Positions 1-9,548 of a stretch of DNA of 64,000 bases are shown here, piece by piece. Within the stretch, counting starts at the first letter, position 1. Each line of letters starts with the position of its first letter. The DNA comes from Chrysomallon squamiferum (Eukaryota > Animalia > Mollusca): NCBI GenBank assembly GCA_012295275.1, contig CM022677.1:13082001-13146000 (forward strand), given 5' to 3'. The notes under the pieces were generated by a model. It had not been told where the DNA came from. It saw only the letters and a list, made by a program, of their open reading frames with translations, and searched no databases. Both the position numbers and the translations under genes were made by a program.

Positions 1-242
1 CTTAGTCACTGAAGCTGATTTTCTGTGTTAAATAATCATTTTGAATAAAAAATTACTGACAAGTATAAAATGATATTTTTATTATTATATTTATTTATTT
101 ATTTATTTATTATATTTTAATGCAGCAAAAGTTAATTTTGTGACTGAGATATTAATTAACTCATTTTTATGTAATTTTTCAGTTTAAAACATTCATTCTG
201 TTTTCTTTGGTAATTATATCACAAAAATATGTACAAAATTCA

Positions 243-410
243 TCAATCATTTGTATCATTTAACTATTTCATAAATAATAAGAAATCATTTCTAACATAT
301 AACTATTTTTTAAATAATAAGAAATCATTTATAACATATAACTATTTTTTAAATAATAAGAAATCATTTGTAACATATAACTATTTCATAAATAATAAGG
401 AATTATTTCT
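243..410. repeat. 39-bp AT-rich tandem repeat, about 4 copies
   Basis: Unit aaatcatttctaacatataactattttttaaataataag recurs every 39 bp and accounts for ORF 229..444. Confidence 0.9.
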
Positions 411-512
411 TACATCTAAGTGTTTATTAAGTAAAATGTTATAATTTCAACTTGTTAAAAAAAATTATTAACATTGGATAAATTGACAATTTATTAAGTA
501 TACCCTACTCAC

Positions 513-680
513 CTACACATTCATTTGACAAGTTGTGATATCCTGTCTTACACTCAAATGATAGGAGACTGGCAGGTTTTTGCAGTTGCTGTTTGCTTGA
601 CATGAACTGTTGAAACACTACATTCATCTCTGTTGTTTTCACATCACACACCAACCAGCCACCTTTACACTGACAATGGT
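513..680 (-). pseudogene. Decayed exon encoding an EGF end plus a calcium-binding EGF domain (fibrillin/mucin-like protein)
   Basis: Minus-strand acceptor ttccctctcag and donor gtgagt. The motif is split across frames: CQCKGGW / CENNRDECS / SCQANSNCKNLPVSY / ECKTGYHNLSNECV. Phase 1-1, as is typical of EGF exons. Confidence 0.75.
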
Positions 681-915
681 CTGAGAGGGAAAAATAAAAT
701 TTAAATTTAAAATAAATAAATTAAATTAAAATCAAACTTAGATTTTTTTTTAAATAAAATTTATGCAATTGTATTAAAATATAATATAAATATCACCAAA
801 AATTTCTAATTTTACAGAATAACTTGCTTTAAATTTCAAAATATAATTATATTTTTAAAATATTTAAACTTTTATTTTTATATTATTGTATTTTGTAATG
901 AGAAATTCTGCTTAC

Positions 916-1037
916 TAACATATGTTCTCTGATCATTTTCAAGTTTCTTCCCAGCCAGACAGGAACAAGTGAATCCACTGATTCAAGCATCAGTATATTT
1001 AGTAATACTGCATCAACTGATGTACACTCATTCATAT
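916..1037 (-). pseudogene. Decayed calcium-binding EGF exon
   Basis: Acceptor aatgtag, donor gtaag. Reads (D)MNECTS, then after a frameshift SGFTCSCLAGKKLENDQRTYV, matching the cbEGF consensus DxNEC...GGFxCxCxxGxxLxxDxRTC. Length 122 bp is out of frame. Confidence 0.75.
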
Positions 1038-1185
1038 CTACATTAAAATAACAATAACAATAACAATAATAACAATAACACTAATAATAATAACAATAAT
1101 AATATTAAAATAAAGGAAAAATCTTATTTCAAGTGACAATATAATATTGTTGAAACTTTAATTTTCTTTTCTTCATTTATATCAT

Positions 1186-3034
1186 GTCACACACAGAGTC
1201 AAGGTTCTGTAGAATGTGTGAATTATGACATTAAAGACATGCTTGTTGTGAGGATGAGTGAGAATGATAGCACTGATTGGACTGTTAGTGTTAAATTTGT
1301 TCAGTTTCACAAGCACTCCAGTTTCAGTGCTGGAATAAAACAGTCACCTTATACAACCTTATTTGGCACAAAGCCAGGATTGGTTTGACTTCCTCATTGT
1401 TACCACATGATCCAGAAGCTACAGAAAGAAGATGACTTACTAGACATTCTGTCCAGCAGCTCAACTCAACCAGACACTCAACCTCTACTAGAAACAACTC
1501 AACCTCTACCAGAAACAACTCAACCTCTATCAGAAACAACTCAACCTCTACCAGAAATGACTCAACCTGTATCTGAAACAGCTCAACCTCTACCAGAAAC
1601 AACTCAACCTCTACCAGAAATGACTCAACCTGTATCTGAAACAACTCAACCTCTACCAGAAACAACTCTACCTCTATCAGAAACAACTCAACCTCTACCA
1701 GAAACAACTCAACCTCTACCAGAAGCAGCTCAACCTCTATCAGAAACAACTCAAACTCTACCAGAAACAGTTCAACCTCTACCAGAAACAGCTCAACCTC
1801 TACCAGAAACAACTCAACCTCTACCAGAAACAACTCAACCTCTACCAGAAATGACTCAACCTGTATCTGAAACAACTCAACCTCTACCAGAAACAACTCT
1901 ACCTCTATCAGAAACAACTCAACCTCTACCAGAAACAGCTCAACCTCTACCAGAAGCAGCTCAACCTCTACCAGAAACAACTCTACCTCTATCAGAAACA
2001 ACTCAACCTCTATCAGAAACAACTCAACCTCTACCAGAAACAACTCAACCTCTACCAGAAGCAACCCTACCTCTATCAGAAACAACTCAACCTCTACCAG
2101 AAGCAGCTCAAACTCTATCAGAAACAACTCAACCTCTACCAGAAGCAGCTCAAACTGTATCAGAAACAACTCAACCTCTACCAGAAACAGCTCAACCTCT
2201 ACCAGAAACAACTCAACCTCTACCAGAAGCAACCCTACCTCTATCAGAAACAACTCAACCTCTACCAGAAGCAGCTCAAACTGTATCAGAAACAACTCAA
2301 CCTCTACCAGAAACAGCTCAACCTCTACCAGAAACCACTCAACCTCTATCAGAAACAACTCAATCTCTATCAGAAACAACTCAATCTCTACCATAAATGA
2401 CTCAACCAATGAGCAGCATAAACAAGAAAAGAAAGCTTGCAATAGACGCACAACAGAAACAAGCTGAGCATGTTGTTAAGTGAAGTCGTGTGATTATGAA
2501 GGATGGTGCTGTTGGTGATAACGTAGCTGTGCCACTTCTGTCTGTAGAAATATTATATTAGCTTTAGAAACCGGACAATATACCATTGGTTGCCCTTCTG
2601 GTATTCTGAAAGGGAAATATAGTCGACACCAGTTTGATTTATGTCCTCAGAGACTCCTGAGTGAATCTGACATTAACAGTGTGTCATTTCATCAAGCCAA
2701 CAAAAAGCAGTCTCAACACGGTGGTCAGAGTTTTGTCAAGTGCAGTTGTAATGGACCTAAGAGATGTCGCAGTAAGCGATGTGCTTGTTTCAAAAATAAT
2801 CTTTTGTGTAATAGCAGAAGTCACAACAGTGTAAATTGTTTAAATAAATGAAGTATGTATTATGTGTCACCAATTCATTATACTGGTAAATTGTTGTTAC
2901 ATGTAGTTGATTATTAAATACAGATAAAACATAGTTTAGTTATTAGAAAACACCCAAGAAATATCCTTTAGCCAAATGACTGAACATTTTATTCATTTTG
3001 GCCAAATGACTGTTTTGACACATTGACTGTAACA
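1186..3034 (+). mobile_element. 5'-truncated, decayed Ginger2/Tdd-type DNA transposon (KRBA2/SCAND3-like integrase)
   Basis: 1190-1390 translates as QSQGSVECVNYDIKDMLVVRMSENDSTDWTVSVKFVQFHKHSSFSAGIKQSPYTTLFG (integrase core end). 2410-2851 gives QQKQAEHVVK*SR...VGDNVAVP...YTIGCPSGILKGKYSRHQFDLC...GGQSFVKCSCNGPKRCRSKRCACFKNNLLCNSRSHNSVNCLNK*. It ends in gccaaatgac subterminal repeats and ...tgtaaca at 3034, consistent with TGT...ACA termini. Stops and frameshifts are present. Confidence 0.8.
1476..2393 (+). repeat. 21-bp minisatellite, about 44 units, encoding (ETTQPLP)n inside the transposase linker
   Basis: Unit gaaacaactcaacctctacca with point variants. It produces ORF 1407..2396 and its antisense shadow 1324..2451. 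Confidence 0.95.
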
Positions 3035-3099
3035 TGCAGGAAGCTTCGATAATGTTTTTGCAAACAAATGCAGTTTTTGGAGAATTTTTTCTCTTAAAC

Positions 3100-4320
3100 A
3101 TGAGCAGTAAGAAAGTTACAACCAAGCAGACATTACAAATGATAACGTTGGATTCTGAGGATGAGAATGAAGCGTTGGAATGTGGAAATAATAGTGATTT
3201 TGAAAGCGAAGAGAGTGACAGTGATGTTGTCAAAGATACAAATAATAATAACACGAATGCAAATGAAGGTGAAAAAAAGAGTGATTCTGCTGATAATCAC
3301 AGCCCAGGTGGTGATGTTTCACAACCTGTAAGGAGGTGTGGCAGTGGTAGAGGATGCAGCCGCGGTAGAGGACGTGGTCGAGGTGTGCGATGGAATCCTC
3401 ACCCTCAGGTCAGTGGATGAATGACGTGAGAGAGTATCGTGAAAAACAGTTCAATCCTAAATATTCCAGATTCAATCAGTAATGAGAGCAGGCCTGCTGA
3501 CAGTTTTGACGTTATTCTGGAATGATGATTTGTGGCAGCTCTTTGTTGTTGAAACAGGCGGAACATATCAGTGAAGCAAAACCCCTCACATTAGTATCCA
3601 AATCGTTTAGTTAACTGACAAAGATTAAAACATTGTTTTGCTTATTCACAAGAATTACTATGAACAATTTTGGTGAGATAAGGAAAATGACCATCACACC
3701 TGGATTTTCACAGCTTTTTACAAGAGACAGATTTTTAGCAATATGGTCTATGCTACATAATGTACATGAGTTAGACCCAGAGTTAGACAAATCTGATAAG
3801 ATTTACAAATCAAGGATAATGTTCAATCACTTGTTGGAAAAATTCAGGCTGCAATCTGTCACTTGATGAGGGAATGATTCTGATATAAAACAGTATAATC
3901 AAACAAAAACCGAAAAAGTGGGACATCAAAACCTTCCTAGTTTGTGACAGAGAGAATGGCTACATTTCAAATGCAGAAGTATATACAGGTCGCAGGAAGG
4001 ATGCTGAAAACATTGACATTTTTTATTTGACTGGAAACCTTATTGTTTGTATGTTGGAACTGTTTCGTGACTAGCATTTCTGTGTGTTTACAGACAGACT
4101 CTACACTAGTGTATATTTGTGTGAGTTTTTGCCGGAAAAGAGAGGAATCTGCCTTGTGGGCACTGCACTTACAAATTGCAAACTTTTTCCTGAACAAATC
4201 AAAAAGTTAAATCAGAAGGGCACAGTTTGAACTATTGTTCAATGGAACTGTAGCAGCAATTGTTTGGTGTGACAAAAAGCCCATTTATTTTGTAACTTCT
4301 GCATTTATTTGTAGAAATGT
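3100..4320 (+). mobile_element. Decayed piggyBac (PGBD4-like) transposase
   Basis: Acidic N-terminus MSSKKVT...DSEDE...SDFESEESDSD, then WNDDLWQLFVVET, PGFSQLFTRDRFLAIWSMLH, DKIYKSRIMFNHL, LSLDEGMI, KWDIKTFLVCDRENGYISNAEVYTGR, VFTDRLYTSV, GICLVGT. Multiple frameshifts and stops; no TIR or TTAA pair seen. Confidence 0.85.
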
Positions 4321-4339
4321 CTGGTTATTAATTATTACT

Positions 4340-4755
4340 CAAACACACAAACACACACACACCCTCATACTATTATCAGATAGCAGTTATCACTATTGCT
4401 GATACACTCACAGACACACACACACATACTATTATGAGAGAAGCAGTTATCACTATTACTGATACACTCACACACACACACACAATTATCAGAGTTGCAG
4501 TTATCACTATTGCTGATACACTCACACTATTATCACTGTTGCTGATATACACAAACACATATACACGTGCACACACAGATACATACTATTATCAGAATAT
4601 CATTATTGCTTGTACACTCACACTCACTCAAACACAGAGACTATAGTCAGAGCAGCAGTTATCAGTATTGCTGATAGACACACACACACACACACACATA
4701 CACACAGACTATTATCAAGCAATTATCTCTATTGCTGATACACACACACTCACTC
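4340..4755. repeat. Satellite with about 36-bp conserved core plus (CA)n spacer, about 7 units
   Basis: Core ctattatcagagtagcagttatcactattgctgata followed by a variable (CA)n tract. Same family as 29290-30865. Confidence 0.9.
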
Positions 4756-5094
4756 AATCTCAGGAATATAAATATAAGTAAAGCTAAACTTACAAAATTA
4801 ATTATAAAAGGCAGAAAGACAGACTCAGAGACAGAGAAAATGAGAACAAAAGCAAAAAGGAAACAAGCAGTTTGTACATATGTAGCTACTTAATAACAAA
4901 TATATAACAAACCAAAATATTTATATGCATTAAAAATATCTACATAAAATTATTTCATAATAAAAAGTTTAGTTTAATATTCTTAGCATATGGTTTAACT
5001 AAATTGTCTATGTCAGATAGAGAAAGATTAGGATTATATATAGAATAATTATTCAAATATTATAAAAAAAATTTAAAATTTAAAAAACAATTAC

Positions 5095-5275
5095 CTGTTT
5101 AACTAAAACAGTAAGTTTAACTAAAACGTCAATGTCAGATACAGAAAGATCAGGACAATTTCCAATGTCCACGTCTTTCAAAGAAAGGAGTTTTCCATGG
5201 AAACTCAAACAGCTGGTTAGTTAAACAACTGGAGTTCAGTCTTAATTCCTGTAGAGAACTTGGAATCTGGAATAT
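5095..5275 (-). pseudogene. Decayed leucine-rich-repeat exon of F-box/LRR (cysteine-containing LRR) type
   Basis: Acceptor tttttcag, donor gtaa. Reads IPSSLQELRLNSSCLTNQLF, then after a frameshift LLSLKDVDIGNCPDLSVSDIDVLVK. A partial duplicate lies at about 4990-5035. Confidence 0.55.
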
Positions 5276-5430
5276 CTGAAAAAAATGAAAAACAGTATTA
5301 ACAAACTGGTAACTGTATGTTAACTATCAGCAGAAAAAGAAAAAAAAGTTGAAAAAATATAATAATAAGAAATTTGTGAAATCTAGATACTTACAGAATG
5401 AAATACATATGTGTGTATGTATATATACAT

Positions 5431-5432
<2 letters not shown>

Positions 5433-5524
<92 letters not shown>
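5433..5524. repeat. (GA)n microsatellite
   Basis: Pure AG dinucleotide run; produces ORF 5398..5601. Confidence 0.95.
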
Positions 5525-5526
<2 letters not shown>

Positions 5527-5650
5527 ATATATATATTTTACAAATCTAATTTACCATCAACTGTAAGTGTTTCGTTGTTAACTTTTGCATCATTCAGATA
5601 AAAAAACTGAATACAAGATTAAGTGATCCCAGCTTATGGTAATAAAAACA

Positions 5651-5698
<48 letters not shown>

Positions 5699-6420
5699 TC
5701 ACAATAATACAGGAATCTACATTATCAGAAAATAATTTAATGTCAGTGATTAAACTAAGCATAGTGTGTACAAAAATAATATTGAGCTAATTAACTCTGA
5801 TTGGCTGATCTCTTTGAAGATTGGTTGGTTAGTCATTCTGTGGTTTCATTGGTTAATCTCTATCTGTAGTCTGATTGGTTAATCAGGCTGAGATCTGATT
5901 GACTATTTACTGACAAACCCACCTGATTGCTGCTGAATTGAGTTCATTCAGAGAAGAATTTTCTGTGACTGCAGTACACAAATCTTGATCAACATCACTC
6001 ATATTATACTGGCTGACACATACAGATGATAACACACACCCTGCTTCTGTTAATAAAAATAAATAATAATAATGAAATAAACTAATATTAAAATTGTATA
6101 TACTTACATAGAGAAAGACAGATGATGATAGGCATATATTGTTAAAGATTATGTGACAGATATCCATAAGAACACATACACCTGCACAAAACACAATTTC
6201 ACATATACATTAACACACACAAAAACACACACAGAGAGAGATAGATGGATTCTGTTAATGCAGATACTGATGATGTTATAACAATTAATGTATTTGTTTA
6301 TCATCAACTACTACTACCACATTTCACCAATATTTACTATTACACTTTTCATCTGAACAGTAAATTGTTTAAGTTCTGAAACTTCCTCTCACCCTTAAAG
6401 CAGCAGCCAGTCCTTTAGCA

Positions 6421-6603
6421 AGAGCAGTTTTATCAGATAATCCATTACTAGACAGATCTAGTTCTGTGAGTCCAGTGTTTAGTGAGAGCAGTTTCATCAG
6501 ATAATCCATTACTAGACAGATCTAGTTCTGTGAGTCCAGTGTTTAGAGAGAGCAGTTTTATCAGATAATCCATTACTAGACAGATCTAGTTCTGTGAGTC
6601 CAG
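6421..6603. repeat. 64-bp tandem triplication within an LRR exon
   Basis: agagcagttttatcagataatccattactagacagatctagttctgtgagtccag starts at 6421, 6485 and 6549. Confidence 0.9.
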
Positions 6604-7079
6604 GGTTTTCTACTAGTCAATGAGAGGAGTTTCAAATCAGTGGAGCCTACACATAGCTCTAGAAAATAAATAAATAAATGAATAAGTAAATAAATAAATA
6701 AATGTAATATCACAGTAGATATCAGTAGCTCTGAAATTAAAGAGAAATTATTATGAAAAGTAAAATAGTGGCAGATAAAGAAAAGTTAATAAAATGACAT
6801 GACTAAAAATAAGAAGAAAACTGAAAGTTTTAAGTTTTGTGTTTTCTTTAAGAGCTGGACTGACACAGTGAGAGAAATAATCATTTCCTGGAGAATTATT
6901 CAACGCATCCAAATATTCAGTCAGGAAACAGTTATTACCAACAACATTTTGACTACAGTGCTAGAAACAAAACACTCAGGTTGTGTATATTAGCAGTAAA
7001 AACTATTAATACAAATTGTTAACACTTATTTATTTGTTATTATTAAAATGTAGTTAGTAGAAGACATCACAATGTTTAG

Positions 7080-7405
7080 CATAGTAATAGTATCAACAGA
7101 AGTTATAGTAATACCAGTAGTAGAACTAGTAGCAGCAGTAGCAGTTGTAGTAGTAGTAGTAGTTGTAGTAGTAACAGCAGCAGCAGAATTTGTAGTTGTA
7201 GTATTAGTGCTAATAGTACCAGGAGTAGTAATAGTTGTAGTATTAGTGGTAATCGTACTAGTGGCAGTAATAGTGGTAATAATTGTAGTATTAGTAGTAA
7301 TAGTACTAGTTGTAGTAATAGTGGTAATAGTTTGTAGTATTAGTAAAGCATAAGTAGTAGTAGTAATAGTTTGTAATATTGTTGTTATTATTATTATTGT
7401 TATTA

Positions 7406-7440
<35 letters not shown>
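7080..7440. repeat. Degenerate (GTA)n/(TTA)n low-complexity tract
   Basis: Trinucleotide-derived sequence; produces the poly-Val ORF 7072..7353. Confidence 0.85.
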
Positions 7441-8771
7441 AAACATGTTATATCAGTTATAATTAAGATTACTCACAGCACTCTCAGTGTCTGTTTTGTT
7501 GGTGGTGAGGCTAAGGAAGATCACTGTTGTGTTAGAACACATTGCCAAACACACAGCTCAGAAATCCTCAGTTCCAGAACTGTTTCCTGATAAATTTAAA
7601 ACTTAGTTAAAAAAATAATGAAAATACAGAACCCTAAATTATTTAGTAGGTTACATAAAATAATGAAAAGGTTGATAATAATTAACATGAATATTATGTA
7701 ATTCAGTATGATTAAATTTTAAATAAATAAAAAATAAGAAAATAAATAAATGATAGATAGATACATACATCAAATAGATAGACAGAAGATAGGCAGAAAG
7801 ATTAATAATTAAATAAAAATAAATAAACTAAAAATAATCAACTTTCTACTAAAACTTGTTTTAAGAGCATTTTTATAAATTAAAACTATAAATAAATTTA
7901 AAATTATTTAAATTACTGATTCTAAGCTATTTATGTTCAGAACTATCAAAAGAGAACTTACAGAAAGATAATATTTTCTTTCTTTGTCATACTTCAAAAT
8001 ATTACAACTTTGAAAATAATTTTAAAAAACATAAAGAAAAGAAAGGAAGAAAAAAGAAAGAAAACTAAAAATATGGTAATTAGGATCAAATAAAAATGAT
8101 ACATAAAGATACAGACAGAAAAACAGATAAGTATATTGTAAGTAGTGACATAGTAAGAAAGATAACATATTTATCTGAATATTTTCTAGGAAAGAAATAC
8201 AGACAAACAGAAAAGCAGAGATAGAAATAAAATAAATAAATAGGGAGGTAGGCAGAAAGAGAAACAGACAGATAGACTAAGACATATTTACAGACATATT
8301 TACCTGAATGTTTTTCAAATATTTAAAATGTGACTAAGTGGAAATGTTGGTGTTAAAGTTTGTGGCAGTTTAAGCCTTGGTCTGGCTGCTTTCAACAAAA
8401 ACTCCAGTTTCACAAGAAGATTAGTCAGTCGATTCACATGATCAAACATTTTCTGTTCCCATTCTTTCTTAGACATTATTTTTTTACCAAAATACCTCTG
8501 GCAATGGGTGGTGGTGTTTGTGGTTTCTTTTCTAGTGTGTCTGGATGTTTCTTGGCACATAGTTTGAGTTTTCAGTGGTTGGTGTGGTGATGTCAATTTG
8601 TCTCAGGTCTAATGGTGGTACTGGTGTTGTTGGTGCCAACTGCTGTTTCATTTTCAGTGATGCGAAACCCATGTCAGGTCTGTGGAAATAACAAAATATA
8701 GAAAGAAAATGTTTTATATATATATAAAATTTTATTCTATTTTTTGTTTTATGTATATATGTATGTATGTA

Positions 8772-8803
<32 letters not shown>

Positions 8804-9341
8804 AACACAGAGGGCAGACCTTGAAATTAAGAGAAAACATTAAGTGAATATAAATACAAATATTTATCCAAATCATTGGTAACTATTTAAAAGACACAAA
8901 CAAGTTATCAGAATAATACTGGTTCTAAAAAAATCACTAATAATAATAATTTTCAGAAAACAAACATATTGACAATACAAATTTACACTTCATTATTATT
9001 GGGTTTGTTTGGCCATTAAACAGAGCTGTTAGGGAACATAGAATATCTATTAAACAAAAAATGAAAATCCTAAAAACTTCAAATCCCAAAAAGTATTTGT
9101 CAATTCTGAACAACAGTAACAGCAACTCTTAACAGCCACGTTGATGAAACATGTAGTATAATAGAATAATTACACTCTCAAGGACAAGAAACTACTAATT
9201 ATTAAGTTGTTCAGGTAAATTTTTTACATCTGTACTTAATTCTAGATTAAATAAGTATGCAGATGAAATCTGATTTTAGAAAATATGATGCTTCTTCTTC
9301 TTTTATTGTAAAATATAGAAATTTATAACAAAATAAAAGTA

Positions 9342-9426
<85 letters not shown>

Positions 9427-9548
9427 ATGATATAAAATGCAGTGTATGACACAAGATTCTAATGTATGTTACACAATGCAACTTCCTACATTAAATTAAA
9501 TTAAACTTCATTAGGTTTAGAATAATAAGAAAACAAACTCAAATTCAC

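Larger units (their letters stand above)
5923..8679 (-). pseudogene. Five-exon remnant of an RI-type LRR (NLRC3/LRRC74-like) gene; exons about 8679-8304, 7586-7477, 6960-6821, 6658-6393, 6046-5923
   Basis: Mostly canonical AG/GT boundaries (the donor at 6821 is lost). Translations include GNSSGTEDF*AVCLAMCSNTTVIFLSLTTNKTDTESA, EYLDALNNSPGNDYFSHCVSPALKENTKLKTF, ENPGLTELDLSSNGLSDK...LAKGLAAALR and GCVLSSVCVSQYNMSD...AVTENSSLNELN. In-frame stop and frameshifts. Assignment of the 8679-8304 exon to this gene is inferred from its position. Confidence 0.7.

Noticed and set aside
1407-2396. Genuine mucin gene
   Set aside because: No signal peptide, and it is embedded between the two halves of a Ginger2-type transposase.
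1324-2451. 375-aa hydrophobic ORF (VELFLVE)n
   Set aside because: Antisense shadow of the 21-bp minisatellite.
7072-7353. Poly-Val membrane protein ORF, and similar poly-ER/HT/CV/I/H ORFs throughout the window
   Set aside because: Translations of di- and trinucleotide microsatellites.
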